DNA from: Diplonema japonicum | Lineage: Eukaryota > Protista > Euglenozoa: Diplonemea | Direction of reading: 5' to 3' | DNA length: 64,000 nt | Assembly: GCA_964019335.1 (NCBI GenBank) | Contig: OZ025745.1 | Coordinates: 186,001 to 250,000, forward strand | Shown: positions 1-11,674 of the stretch, one piece after another | How the letters are laid out: each line of letters begins with the position of its first letter | Numbering within the stretch: position 1 is the stretch's first letter | Program-made: the position numbers and the translations under genes | The notes under the pieces: generated by a model | What the model saw: the letters and a program-made list of their open reading frames with translations, nothing else | What the model was told of the DNA's origin: nothing | Database searches by the model: none

Positions 1-778
1 GGTTGAGGGGGTACTTTTTATGTCCGTTTTGGGGGGTCTTGTCGTGGGGGGTCCGTGGAGTTATGGCTGGGCTAAAAAGGGCAGCATTCAGCCCTATTTG
101 GTGCCCTGAACTCTAGGATTGAGGTCAGTCTGGAGACTTTTTGGGGCTGTGGGATGAAAAAAGCAACTTGTGAGTTTTTTTTTCTAGCTGGGGTAGCATG
201 CAAGGGTAAAAAACACGTTTTGCATAAGGGGGTTTTGCAACAGGGGCACCACGTTTGCACCTTCTTCCCGTACCCAGGAACAGCACAGAGCACCCTCCTC
301 ACCTTCGTTCCGTCTTGAATCGAAACGACCGTTCGTGGAAGAAACTATGAGCTCAAGTACCGCGTGTGCAAAAAAAAAGATTAAAAACACCCTCCTCATT
401 GGCCGCTTCACCTAGAGGTGTCCTAAGCCCACCTTTTCACGGAAATGATATGTTTTGGGCCTTTGGGAGTATTTCTCCCACCCAAGCATCGTTTCCGGCC
501 CCTCTTTGACCGCCTCATCGTCTTTTTCTTCTTTTTCTGACCAGTCGGGGGAGACTCACGTTTTCGCTGCTATTTTGACCATCTGATTTCATTTTAAGCC
601 AACCCTGCCGGTTTCAATTAAAACAAAACTTTTAACGCAAAATGTAGTTCCAAGACAAAATAAACCGCGCAACAATGCCATATTTTGAAGTCCAGGGGCC
701 GTGTTCAAAAAAAAAGTACTTAGCGAAAAAAGCAAATTTTGAAATAAGGACAAAAACGTCCGCGCGGGCGTTTAGGGG
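1..778 (-). mobile_element. Internally deleted piggyBac-like DNA transposon (one end in window)
   Basis: Minus-strand end TTAT|CCCCTAAACGCCCGCGCGGACG resembles a piggyBac TTAA|CCC terminus with a mutated target site. Frameshifted ORF 72..302 encodes LCAVPGYGKKVQTWCPCCKTPLCKTCFLPLH, like the piggyBac C-terminal Cys-rich domain. No DDD core is seen; the other end would lie left of the window. Confidence 0.65.
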
Positions 779-1842
779 ATAAAGAAAAAAATTCTTAAAG
801 CTTTTGAAAAAGAATATAAAAAAAAAAATTCACACAGGAATTTTGTACCTCCCTGCAGTTTTTTCTTTCTCTCTCTTCTTTTATTCGTTCGCTTTTTTTT
901 TCTCTTCCCCCCCCCCTCCCCTTCAGCGTCAAAAGAATTTATATGTTTAATTAAAACCGAATATCTTTTTCTTTTTAGAAATAGATCCTCTCAGCACCCG
1001 TTTGAATTCCCCTGAGGGGCACTGGGTAGTTCTTAGGATTTTGATACTTTTATTTTTCTTTTTTACTTTTTTTTTTCTCTTCGTTTTTCTTCGTTCTGAT
1101 TTGGAAAATCTTTTTTTTGGAAGTCTTTTTTTTTCTTTCTCCTTTGTTTCTCGAGCTTGAGGGGGTATTTTTTTTTTTTTTGTTCGCCCTGCTCTTGCGC
1201 GTACTGACTTACTTTTATGGGGAGGGGGAAGCTCGGGGGTTTTCCCCTTCCAGTTTTGTTGCTACTTCTGCCTAATTTCTTTGAAGTTCTTGTCTCACCA
1301 AATATCGGAAAGACCTCCAAAAAAAAGAAGGGGGGAAAAAAAAAAAGAAGAAAAACAATAACAACAACAAAACTACGGGGGGTTGATCAAATTACTTTTT
1401 TTTTCCTTCTTTTTTTCGCTTCTTTCCTTTTTTTTTTTTTTTTTTTTTTGAAACTTTCTTAATGAAGGTAGAACAGCCAATCACACAAGAATAGTACATG
1501 TGAATAAGAAAGAAAGAAGAAAAAAAAGGGGGAGATTTACATAGTACGGGGGGGGGGGGGGGATTAGCAACTACACCCCCCCCCAAAAAAATAACATTGC
1601 CAATAAGTCAGTCTCAGCATTCAAATCCCTTCTGCCTCCTCTTTTTGGCCACGCCTTCTCAAATTGGCATGAAAAAGACCAAAGGGTCATGCCAACCGCA
1701 AGAAGAAACAGAATAAAAAGGAAGAATGGGGAATGACAATATTTTTTTTCTTTTTTTTTTTTTTTTAAAGGATGGAGGTGCTAACTTAACCCCCGCCCCC
1801 GCTCTTTTTTTTTTTTTTTTTTTAAATAAAATATCCCCGAGA

Positions 1843-3402
1843 TTACATAGTTGCCGCCTCACGTGCCCTCAACGTATTGGAGTTCCTCAAACAGGAGCGC
1901 TGGTAAGCCAATTTTTGATGTTGTTCGGCAATGGTCCGACAATTCTTAATCCAAGGGATGATCATTGACCTACTAGCCACGCAGTTGACGTCCAGAGCAT
2001 AGATCGTGGCGATCTGTGGAGTAAGGAAACAATACGCCTGGCGCTGGTCCGAAGGCGGCTCGTGCGACGGACAGAAATGCCCGAATTTACCAGAAATCGA
2101 GGACGACAACGCACCGACCACATTGGTACGGTGCGTCATAGAACGGGAAGAATACGTTGGGAACGAGTTGATGTGCTCAGAGGCAGCACGGTAGAAAGAA
2201 GCCGCTGCCGAGGTTGGCTCAATAGAAACAGACCCCCTGAAACCTCCCAGCTCCGTTACTTCTGCGATCGACCGCAATGAATCTGTGTTTGAGACGCCAG
2301 ACTGTTGATCAACTCCAAACCCGCTGCACAGCAACATTTTCAACCCAACACTTGTCACCCCAGCCACAGCACCCACGGTCACAGCATCCTCAACAGCATC
2401 GCCCACAACATACTCGTCGCCCTTCATCAAGGAGTCCGTTCCGTAGTCCCAAACGACGATGGCGTGCGTTTCGTGTTTTTTGCAGATGTTTTTCAGGAAG
2501 TTTTTCAGGGTTTGCATCCTCCACCGCTTCACGTTTGCCGCGTAGATACAGTGTTCCCTCCCAGGGAGGTTGTCCGATAAGAACCCGGCCAAGTGGATCT
2601 CTGGGCAGAAACCCTCGTGCAGCTTACCAACGTTCATCTTCGTGTCCTTCCCAACACGCTTCACCGTGCACCCGTTGTTATCGTCGAACACAACAGGTGT
2701 GTCGGCGTGAAGACCAACGTCCGAGAACGAGTTCGACAGCACAGTGACCGTTTTACCCGCAAGGGTAAGATCCCGGTAGAGCAGCATAGAAGTCACGAAG
2801 TCATGACCACCACCGCATCCCAAAAACAAGATGTTCTGCACGGAAGAATCATACAATTGTGTAATGAACGACGGGAGCAAGGAACACATAGCATGGCCTG
2901 CCTGAACAGGAGGTGCTGATGTCGATCCCGCGCCTATGCTTGCTCCCAAGCCTGCTGGCGAAGTGGGTGTTAATGGTGTTACGGGCATGGGAAGTGCCTG
3001 GGGACGAGGTCGCTTCTTCGGTGCACCTGGTTGCCGCCATGTACCGGACAGGCCGGTTGAGTCGACCCACTTGCATTGTGATATGTAAGCGGTGACACCC
3101 ATGTCGGACAGGCTTGTCGAGAGCTTGTTGCATTCGATGGCATCGCCTTTAACATGTGCTGCCTCTAATGCTTGGCAGAGGTGTGATACCTTTGAGCACC
3201 GTGTGCGGTCTCTTGTGTTGTGTGGTGTGGCTTCCCTGTCGTGGGACCCGTTGCTGGATGCCGTTGTCTGCCCTGACCAGCTTTGGTTCAACACGTCCGT
3301 GTTTGTTGTGGTTGGGCTGCCGTGCCTGACCACCACCTCCTCATCGTCCCACACGTTGCCTAACGCAAGCAGCGTGGGGTTGAAGGAACTTGTAGTCATC
3401 AT
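1843..3402 (-). CDS. DUF1152-family protein with low-complexity N-terminal extension
   Basis: GCGGGHD, SNSFS, FCPE and DYGTDSLMKGDE...ED match DUF1152 motifs. Start set at the ATG directly after the poly(A) run (3402), not the ORF-track start. Confidence 0.75.
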   Translation of the reverse strand: MMTTSSFNPTLLALGNVWDDEEVVVRHGSPTTTNTDVLNQSWSGQTTASSNGSHDREATPHNTRDRTRCSKVSHLCQALEAAHVKGDAIECNKLSTSLSDMGVTAYISQCKWVDSTGLSGTWRQPGAPKKRPRPQALPMPVTPLTPTSPAGLGASIGAGSTSAPPVQAGHAMCSLLPSFITQLYDSSVQNILFLGCGGGHDFVTSMLLYRDLTLAGKTVTVLSNSFSDVGLHADTPVVFDDNNGCTVKRVGKDTKMNVGKLHEGFCPEIHLAGFLSDNLPGREHCIYAANVKRWRMQTLKNFLKNICKKHETHAIVVWDYGTDSLMKGDEYVVGDAVEDAVTVGAVAGVTSVGLKMLLCSGFGVDQQSGVSNTDSLRSIAEVTELGGFRGSVSIEPTSAAASFYRAASEHINSFPTYSSRSMTHRTNVVGALSSSISGKFGHFCPSHEPPSDQRQAYCFLTPQIATIYALDVNCVASRSMIIPWIKNCRTIAEQHQKLAYQRSCLRNSNTLRAREAATM

Positions 3403-4343
3403 TTTTTTTTTTTTTTTTTTTTTTTGGTGGATTGCCTTCAACACCTGTGATCATGGTATTTTTTGTTGTTGGGGAGGAGGGGGGGTAATTTAACGCAAAA
3501 AAGAAGAAGAAGAAGAAGAAGAAGAAGAAGGTACCAACCGTGGAGTTGTGTTCTTTTTTGTGGAGTGAAGAGTTAAAGGCGTGAGAAAATCAAGAATAAA
3601 AAAAAAAAAAAAAAAAAGGGGGAAGGAGGATCCGCCCCTAAGGCAGATTCCAGCAAGAAAAAAAAAAAAAAACAAAAAAACTAGGAACTCGTGTAAATTA
3701 AAAATTAAAAAAAAAACAATCGTTTCGCGCGCTGGCCTTTTTTGTTGGGTTAGTCCCCAGTCACAAGTCCTCTTTCTGAGGGGCTCGGGTGGCCAGGCCG
3801 CGGGGGAATATGGTCTTATTGATGTACAAATAATATGTATCAGAGCTTCTGAGGAAGAGTGTCTATTCTTTTTTTTTTTTTTTTTTTTTTGGTTTTGAAA
3901 AAAAAAAAGAAGAATTCTTCCAAGGAAAAAAAAAAAAAGAATTTTTTAGTTGCTTAACTAACTCGGACCTTCGAGCAACTAGAAGAAACAACGAACAGTT
4001 TTCGCGTGCAAATAATCAGCACAACTCTAGTCGCTAGTCTTTAGTCATGGGGGGAGAGGAAGAGAAAGAGAGCCATAACAATCTAGACTAACATCTAGAA
4101 GAATCTCTGTTTTCTTTTTTTTTTTTTTCTTATTCTTTTTTTTCTCTTTTTTTTTTTCTTCTTCTCAGCTTAACCTCGAGGCTCCACCAAAGCGGGCCAG
4201 AAGCAAACCAAAAAAAAGAAGAAAAAAAAAAGACTTTAAAAAAAAAAGTAAAAAAAAAAAATATATATATATATATATATGCAAGGAAACGGGAGAGAAA
4301 AAAAAAAAGAAAAAAAAAAAAAAAACACCTGCAAAACAAAGCC

Positions 4344-5987
4344 CTAAGATAGGTCAACACAAGTGCATCTCCTCCCGTCACCATGGAAAGGCCCACCAGC
4401 CCTGGCACAGATGGGCCTGTCTACACAACCTTCGTGGGGGTCATAGCGGCAACGCGTTGGGGTCAAGTCACAAGCCTTCTTGTCCTGACGAATTGAGCAC
4501 TGATTCCCAGAATGCACGAAAACCGCAAAGTGAAGAAGCTTCTTGACAATTGGGATTATTACAGGCTTGCCCCCCGCTTTAACCTCCAGTTTGAAAATAG
4601 CAGCAGGCTTATGAGCCTCATCAGCAGGCGCTCCGTTAAAAGTAGGCACGTATTGTGGCCCGCAACCACCTGCTTCAAAACCCGCGGTCACCAAACTGTT
4701 TGGAAGCCCGCCGTTCACCGCACTACTGCAAGGGAGGCAGTTGTGCAGGGCAACGTAAAAAGTACATGGGTGGTAGTTCGTATTGGAAGGACAAACGAGC
4801 TTCAACGACATGTCCTCTACACCGTTTGCCCCCATGTGGACTGTCGAACCGCGAAGCCAAGAGGGGATCCTCACCCATCGTTGCCCGCTGGTATCGTCCT
4901 CAACAGACCCTTCTCCCCCGACCTCTTTCACGACAAGCTCGTAACCCTTAACCATCTCCACAGACCCCTTATTCAACGGAGGTGTAACGGGGATATTATA
5001 TATGATAAGACCGTTTGGCGTGGCACCGTTGCCGAACATATAACCCTCGGAGTGGATGAGTATAGAAAGCGATGCCGATGCATCTTGGGCAACAACTGTG
5101 AATGTGTTTGGGATGGGCTCGTCAAGTACTATGATGCCTTGGCCAACACATGCTAGGTACAACCTTGATCCAACGATTTGAATGGACAGACACTGTGCGG
5201 CATCACGCTCACGAAGAGGCTTCGGGAGGACCAGCCTCTGCCGCGCACCGGTTACAATACTGAACTTCATCAAACTGCCTTTGAAGCTATCGGTCACCAC
5301 ATAGAGGTTACCCTTGTGTATTGCAGCATCGAAATGTAGGTGAGAACCGATGTCAAAAGGCGGGAAGACGAACTCCGTGGTGGGCCTCGCAGGGTGCGAC
5401 ACATCTATCACGGCGATCGTTGTCGTTGAAAGCGCAGCATATACCTTGTTGTTAAAATACACAGAAGTCTCATGTTCTCTCTTGGTGCCTGTTCCATGGA
5501 AGATCAAGTGCCCCACTTCGATCATACTGGCCTTCGAGATAACCATGAAACGATTGTGGTGTTCGGGGTGATGCTGGTGGCACACGATAAAAATGAGCTC
5601 TGGTGACTGTGTGAGCCCTCTCTTTTGGTTTCTCTTGCAGCCTGCCGGGAAGTAGAACAGGTCTACTAGGATAGGTATCCCAGGAGTGCCGATATCGTAG
5701 GCCTCTAGCTTCTCTGTGTGCGCCACGTATAACATCCCGTCTGCGGTGAGCACACTTGTTGGTTTTGATAAGAAAGGTACTGTGCTTGCTACTGTCGGGT
5801 TCGTCTTTGTCTCGATGTCGATGATGTGCAGTTTTGAGTCAGTTCGAAGGGAGTACACATGGTCCCCGGTCGCCGTTACGTCCAGCACATTGCCGGGCAG
5901 AGTCGCGGTGCCCTCAAGTGCAAGGTCTTTCATTGAACTTGAACTGACCACACCAAACCCTGCGAAAAACAAGGCACATTTGATCAT
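4344..5987 (-). CDS. Secreted LVIVD-repeat (beta-propeller-like) protein with Cys-rich C-terminal module, paralogue 1
   Basis: Signal-like N-terminus; repeats LHIIDIETKTNP and IAVIDVSHPARP; C-terminal CTFYVALHNCLPCSSAVNGGLP module shared with three neighbours. Confidence 0.85.
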   Translation of the reverse strand: MIKCALFFAGFGVVSSSSMKDLALEGTATLPGNVLDVTATGDHVYSLRTDSKLHIIDIETKTNPTVASTVPFLSKPTSVLTADGMLYVAHTEKLEAYDIGTPGIPILVDLFYFPAGCKRNQKRGLTQSPELIFIVCHQHHPEHHNRFMVISKASMIEVGHLIFHGTGTKREHETSVYFNNKVYAALSTTTIAVIDVSHPARPTTEFVFPPFDIGSHLHFDAAIHKGNLYVVTDSFKGSLMKFSIVTGARQRLVLPKPLRERDAAQCLSIQIVGSRLYLACVGQGIIVLDEPIPNTFTVVAQDASASLSILIHSEGYMFGNGATPNGLIIYNIPVTPPLNKGSVEMVKGYELVVKEVGGEGSVEDDTSGQRWVRIPSWLRGSTVHMGANGVEDMSLKLVCPSNTNYHPCTFYVALHNCLPCSSAVNGGLPNSLVTAGFEAGGCGPQYVPTFNGAPADEAHKPAAIFKLEVKAGGKPVIIPIVKKLLHFAVFVHSGNQCSIRQDKKACDLTPTRCRYDPHEGCVDRPICARAGGPFHGDGRRCTCVDLS

Positions 5988-6062
5988 CGATAAAGCCCTG
6001 TTGTGTGTGGGTTTTTTATAGTTGGAAAAAAAAAAAAAAAAAAAAAAAAAGGAGTTGGGGAA

Positions 6063-6245
6063 ATAGTTGCGAAAAAACTGGTAAATGAAAGAAAGAGAGG
6101 TATTTCTTTTTTTTTTTTAGATCAGTTAAAAAAAAGAAGGGAGGGGGGGGATAGTTGCGAGTATAACGGGTAAATGAAAGAAAGAGAGAGGTATTTCTTT
6201 TTTTTTTTTTTTTTTTTTTAGATCAGTTTAAAAAAAAAAAAAGAA
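6063..6245. repeat. Two-copy tandem duplication, about 89 bp unit
   Basis: atagttgcga...ggtaaatgaaagaaagagag...gtatttc(T)n-agatcagtt(A)n occurs at about 6063 and 6152, with a more degenerate third copy near 6273. Confidence 0.85.
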
Positions 6246-6524
6246 AACGGGGGGAGGAAGAGAGAGAGAGCGATAGGTGGTTATATTACTTAGGTGGTGC
6301 AAGAGAGAGAGAAATAATGGTATTTCTTTTTTTGTTTTGTTTTCCATTCCCCTGCAACACGGAGAGGCGTGCTGAAACAAATAAAGAACGTTAGAGGGTG
6401 GGAGGTGGTGCTAGATGCAAGATGAGGAGGAACATAGGAGACGGGACAGAAGAAACGTTAATTTTTTTCTTTATTTCTTTTTTTTTTTCTATTTTTAAAA
6501 CCTTTTCTGCGAGACGGGGTGACA

Positions 6525-8171
6525 TCACACAAACGTAAGAGGCTCAGCACATACACACTTCGTCACGGGTGGACCAGGCTGCGGCCCAGCATTCCTCATG
6601 CACAGCCTGTCATCCACACATCCCATCTCCGGGACGAATCTACACCGCCTCGCAGAGTTGCAAGAAGCAGCACCCTCATGAAGGGAGCACTGCTGCCCAG
6701 TGGAGTGAACAAACACCGCAAAGTGAAGAAGCTTCCTGACCACAGGGATCACTACGGGACTGGACCCCGCTTCAACCTCCAATTTGAATATCGCCGCAGG
6801 TTGGGGATTCCCATCAACAGGCGCTCCGTTAAACGTGGGGACATATTTAGGCCCGCAACCACCTGCTTCAAAACCCCCGTTCATAAAACTGTTTGGAAGC
6901 CCGCCGTTCACCGCACTACTGCAAGGGAGGCAGTTGTGCAGGGCAACGTAAAAGGTGCATGGAAGGCTGTTCTGATCTACCGGGCAGACGAGCTTCAACG
7001 ACATACCTGCCCTTCCGAAACCTCCCATGTGAACAGTGGAGCCATGCAGCCAGTCTGGGATCCCTACCCACCGTTGCCCGGTGATCTCCTCTTCCACAAA
7101 TGTCTGTACCCCCACCTCGCGTATCACAGGGTCCGTTCCACCGATGAGCTCGACAAGACCTTTGTTGATGGACAGCAGCTTCTCTGGAATGCTATAAATG
7201 TTGAGCCCGCTGTTCACGTCACCACTACCGAAAATATAAGAGTTGTGGACAATGATCATGGTGATGAAACTAGTGGTGTCCTGCCCGACAAGGGTGAAGG
7301 TGTTCGGGATAGGCTCCTGCAGAACCACAATGCCCTGGTCCTCGCACGCAAGGTACAATCTTGAATTGGCGATTTGGATATCGACACACCGCGACTCGTC
7401 TGCAGGGCGGATGGGGGCAGGTAGCGTGAGTGTCTCTCGAGCTCCGTTCTCCGCGTTGAACTTGATCAAGTTTCCAATCGACGAATCGGTGACTGCGTAG
7501 ATGTACCCGTTGCTGAAGACAGATCTCATTTGTGTGAAGCTGCCTGCGTTGAATGAGGGGAACGAAAAGCCCACTGTTGGGAGCGTGGGGTCAGACACGT
7601 CGATCACAGTGAGCGTCGAAAGATCGACAATGCTATACAGCTTCCCATCGTGGTGCAGAATGTGAAGGTGGTTGTTCGGTCCAGGAAGCACCAACATCCC
7701 CACCTCGACCATGGTGCCCTTCGCAACAACCATATACCGTGTGCTGGAGATGGACAGGTCATAACACGTTGCGAATATATGCGTAGCAGACTGTGCCAGG
7801 CTCCTTGTCTTTTCCCTTGTGCACCCTGAAGGGAAGAAAAAGGTGTTCCCCAATACGGGGTTCTCCTGCGTGGTGATGTCGTACTCCGTCACCTGTTGTT
7901 CCTGTGCCACGTACAGCTTCCCGGAACCGGTCATGATGCTCTTTGCAGATGAGGAGAAGGGTGTTCCCACCTCTGTTGGGTTCGTTTTTTCCGAGGCGTC
8001 GTAGATTTTGACCACTTCTTCGTCCGTTCTCACCAGATAGATGTGTTCCCCTTCCCTGGCCATGTCCTGTGCCATCCCCATCAGGGAGAGAGAGCTAAGT
8101 AGTTGTATCTCCTGCGGTGCAACGAGGCCCGTCATAAGCCCGAGTATCGTGACCAGCATGGTTCTATGCAT
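6525..8171 (-). CDS. Secreted LVIVD-repeat protein, paralogue 2
   Basis: Signal peptide, LTVIDVSDPTLP repeat and the same Cys-rich module; collinear with paralogue 1. Confidence 0.85.
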   Translation of the reverse strand: MHRTMLVTILGLMTGLVAPQEIQLLSSLSLMGMAQDMAREGEHIYLVRTDEEVVKIYDASEKTNPTEVGTPFSSSAKSIMTGSGKLYVAQEQQVTEYDITTQENPVLGNTFFFPSGCTREKTRSLAQSATHIFATCYDLSISSTRYMVVAKGTMVEVGMLVLPGPNNHLHILHHDGKLYSIVDLSTLTVIDVSDPTLPTVGFSFPSFNAGSFTQMRSVFSNGYIYAVTDSSIGNLIKFNAENGARETLTLPAPIRPADESRCVDIQIANSRLYLACEDQGIVVLQEPIPNTFTLVGQDTTSFITMIIVHNSYIFGSGDVNSGLNIYSIPEKLLSINKGLVELIGGTDPVIREVGVQTFVEEEITGQRWVGIPDWLHGSTVHMGGFGRAGMSLKLVCPVDQNSLPCTFYVALHNCLPCSSAVNGGLPNSFMNGGFEAGGCGPKYVPTFNGAPVDGNPQPAAIFKLEVEAGSSPVVIPVVRKLLHFAVFVHSTGQQCSLHEGAASCNSARRCRFVPEMGCVDDRLCMRNAGPQPGPPVTKCVCAEPLTFV

Positions 8172-8174
8172 TAG

Positions 8175-8206
<32 letters not shown>

Positions 8207-8236
8207 AAAAAAAGAAAACCTTTTTTTTTTTGATTC

Positions 8237-8640
8237 GAAAACAGGGTCAGCATCGCACGAAGACACTGCATCTCCGGGTCCTTCGCGTACGTGACCATCA
8301 GCCTCCCGACGCCAAGAGGAGAGACACCTGCCTTGGACCGCGCGCTCGCAACAAACTTCTGCGGCCCCTCTTCCCAGCGGAATTGCTGGCGTGCCACATC
8401 TTGGTTTGGACGTCCCAGGCACAGAATTCGGGAAACTCTGTATAGGTGAGCGTGTCCACCCCAACCTTGGCCTGGGTGTTCGCTTCCATCCACCCCTGCA
8501 GCGTCGAGGTGCTGTTCCTTGCCACCCTGTCGACACCTGAGGACTCGTCCCATCAAGGCGCTGAACCGGTGGGTAGATGTAGCGCAGGGTTGTGGACCAC
8601 ACCGTCTGATCCTGCCTGCCTTTCAAAGAGATGAAAGCAG
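8237..8640 (-). mobile_element. Degenerate Helitron RepHel fragment
   Basis: Three successive frames give YIYPPVQRL, STLQGWMEAN...LTYTEFPEFCAWDVQTKMW and VGRLMVTYAKDPEMQCLRAML, in the order of the conserved linker between Helitron Rep and PIF1 helicase. Frameshifted. Confidence 0.7.
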
Positions 8641-9240
8641 CCGTACTGGTGGGGGTGCGTTACCAAAAGAAAGAGAAAGGGGCAGGGAGAACTAGAAGAG
8701 TGAAAGAAAAAAAAAAAGAGAGAAAAAAAAAACTATTTGTTCTTGCAAGTGCATTGTTAACCCTTTTTTATTTTTGTTTTATCGAACTTAAAAAAAAAAG
8801 GTGAAACAAAAAAATAGTTACGTGCACACAAACTTTTTTTATCTCCCGTTGCGTACGATCTCCCCTTTTTTGTTTAAGACTCGGCTCCACCGAAGAGGGC
8901 CGCAAAGAAAGAAAAAAAAAAAAAGAGAGAGAAAAAAAGAAAGGGAGATACGAATAGAAAAGCTGCAGCAAAAGGAAACAGATCTCCCTTTTCACTTGAA
9001 CACAACAACAAAAAAATCTTGGAGAGAAGAAAAAGAGTCGATGAAGACACTTTAGCACACACATCAGCAACAGCCTTCTTTAAGGGACCGACCGAAAACC
9101 CTTCTTTGTGCGACACAAGGAGGGATATCAGGTATACTGATAGAGTAGAGTATAGAGTAGAGAGAGGAAAGAGCAACAAAAACGTCGCTGCCTATTGTAG
9201 CATGGGCACGAGTGCGCCTTCTACCTTAAAGGTTCACAGA

Positions 9241-10860
9241 TCAGAAGGTACAAGAACATCTTCTGCCAGAACCAACTTGCAAGGGACCTGTCTTGGAACA
9301 CATCGGGTCCCCCATGCACATCTTCGATCCAAGGCGGCAGTGCTGTGTAATGGCACATGATGCCTTGTTTAGAAGGGAGCACTGCTGCCCAGTGGAGTGA
9401 ACGAACACCGCAAAGTGAAGAAGCTTCCTGACCACAGGGATCTCAACTGGAGCCGCACCTGCTTCAACCTCCAACTTGAAGATCGCCGCAGGTTGGGGAT
9501 TCTCATCAACAGGCGCTCCACTAAACGTGGGGACATATTTAGGCCCGCAACCACCTGCTTCAAAACCCGCGGTCACCAAACCGTTGGGAAGCCCACCGTT
9601 CACCGCACTACTGCAAGGGAGGCAGTTGTGCAGGGCAACGTAAAAAGTACATGGGTGGTTGTTCGTATTGGAAGGACAAACGAGCTTCAACGACATCCCC
9701 TTCCCCCCGTGCGATCCCATGTGGGCGGTTGAACCATGCAGCCAGGAGGGGATCTCAACCCACTTCTGTCCGCTTGTTGTTTCTTCAACAGAACCGTCGG
9801 TTCCGACATCCTTCACAACCGGATCAACCCCTCCGACAAGCTCGACAAGACCATTGTTGAGGTAAAGCGGTGCAGCGGGAACATCGTAAATGTTAAGCCC
9901 ACTTCTCATATCACCGCTAGCAAACACACGACCACCTGCAGTGAGGAGCACACCGATATAATCGTACGTATAGTGCGCGAGGAGCGCAAAGGTGTTCGGA
10001 AATGGCTCGTTGAGGACCACAAGCCCTTGGTCCTGACAGCCTAAATACAACTTTGAATTGTACACCCGAATGGATGTACAGAAGGACTGGTCAGCAGGGC
10101 GGAGGGGGTAAGGCAGTACCAAGGCTTGCCGTACACCCGTAACAGCGTCGAACTTAATCATCGCACTCTCCGAGGAGCCAGCCACACAATATAGGTGCCC
10201 GTTGTGGTATATACACCTCGAGTAGTAATGCGCACCAATACCGAACGGCGGGAAGGCGAACTCCAAAACAGGGCTAGCAGGGTCCGCCACGTCGATCACC
10301 ACAATGCTGGCCTCGGAGATGGTGGCGTACACCTTTTGCCCGTGGTACGCAGAGCCTCTATAATCATCAGGACCGGGGATGGCAAGATACCCGATTTCCT
10401 TCATCGGTTGTTTGGAAATAATCATGAATCGAGTTGCAGGGGAACGGCCTTGTGTGCTGTGACATGACAGGAACAGGTGGTTGCCGTGATGCTCCATTCC
10501 GCTTAGGCGAAGATTGATGATGCAGCCTGGAGGGAAGTGTACTGTGTCAATGTGAACAGCGTTTGGAGCAGCGCTTAAATCGTACGATTTTACATTAGTT
10601 GCGTAGGCGATGTAGAGCAACCCGTTGTTGAAGAGAACGCTCTTTGCTGCGCTGCCTATGATACCCACCAACCTTGGGCTGTTACCGGTCACGTGCAAGA
10701 TGCGGACTATACCGTCAGACCTCAACAGGTACACATACGCCCCTCCCATGGTCATGTCCTGTGCTATTCCTGGAAGTGGAAGCGAAGCTACAAGCTGTAT
10801 CTCCTTTCCGTTTGCAAAACTTGCCATGTAAAGCATTAAGGAGAGTATGCCGGGCTTCAT
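9241..10860 (-). CDS. Secreted LVIVD-repeat protein, paralogue 3
   Basis: Start MKPGILSLMLYMASFANG (signal peptide); IVVIDVADPASP repeat; Cys-rich module. Confidence 0.85.
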   Translation of the reverse strand: MKPGILSLMLYMASFANGKEIQLVASLPLPGIAQDMTMGGAYVYLLRSDGIVRILHVTGNSPRLVGIIGSAAKSVLFNNGLLYIAYATNVKSYDLSAAPNAVHIDTVHFPPGCIINLRLSGMEHHGNHLFLSCHSTQGRSPATRFMIISKQPMKEIGYLAIPGPDDYRGSAYHGQKVYATISEASIVVIDVADPASPVLEFAFPPFGIGAHYYSRCIYHNGHLYCVAGSSESAMIKFDAVTGVRQALVLPYPLRPADQSFCTSIRVYNSKLYLGCQDQGLVVLNEPFPNTFALLAHYTYDYIGVLLTAGGRVFASGDMRSGLNIYDVPAAPLYLNNGLVELVGGVDPVVKDVGTDGSVEETTSGQKWVEIPSWLHGSTAHMGSHGGKGMSLKLVCPSNTNNHPCTFYVALHNCLPCSSAVNGGLPNGLVTAGFEAGGCGPKYVPTFSGAPVDENPQPAAIFKLEVEAGAAPVEIPVVRKLLHFAVFVHSTGQQCSLLNKASCAITQHCRLGSKMCMGDPMCSKTGPLQVGSGRRCSCTF

Positions 10861-11674
10861 TTTTGTTCCTTTTTTGTGTTTTGTTTTGTTTTTTTTTTGT
10901 GGGCGGGACGAAGGGGGGGGGGGGGGGGGGGAGTTGAAGATAACGTATAATTGGCACAACCCCATGTGCTTTTTTTTTTTTTTTTTTATTTTTTTTTTTG
11001 TAAGGAACGGAAAAACAAAAAAGGGAGAAAACAGAGAGAGAGAAGAAGAAAAAGGGAAAAAAAAAAAAAAAAAAAAAAAGAGAGACATTTAAAAAAAGGC
11101 AGGGCGGGGGAGAAAAAGAAAGAAATGAATCATCTTCCCGGATGCCCATAAAATAAGAAGAGAGAGAGAGAGAAAACAAAAAAGGTGAGTAAGCGGATCA
11201 TTTACTCATAGAGCTTGTAAAAAAAGAAAGAAAAAAAAAAGAAAAAAAAACGTATGGGTGGGATAGGCTAGACTTCATCTAAGGGGCCGTTTTTTTTTTT
11301 TTTTTTTTTTTTTTCTTTTTTTTTTCTTTTTTTTTAAAGAATATCTTGCGTGTAAAAAAAAAAATCATTTTTGAGTTTTGGAGAAAATCTCAATATTTCT
11401 AATATATTGGTTTCCCCCCTTTTATTTTTTATTTTTCATATTCTTCTTCTTCATTCTTTTAAAGTGAAGTCAGACATCGCACGCGGGGAGGGAGGGGAGA
11501 AAGAACACAAAAGCAAGAAGGGCAACAATTAAAACATCCTCACTCTGCAATGAAGCTCTCTCGGTAGTTGTTTCGGGAAAAGCGTTTAACCCCCAACTAA
11601 GAATAAAAAAAAGAGGGAGGGAAAAATAACTGCATCACTTTCAATATAAAGTAATGCACTACTGAACAAAAACC

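Noticed and set aside
3849-3900. Hammerhead ribozyme core (CTGAGGA followed by a stem)
   Set aside because: No GAAA directly after stem II and no flanking stems.
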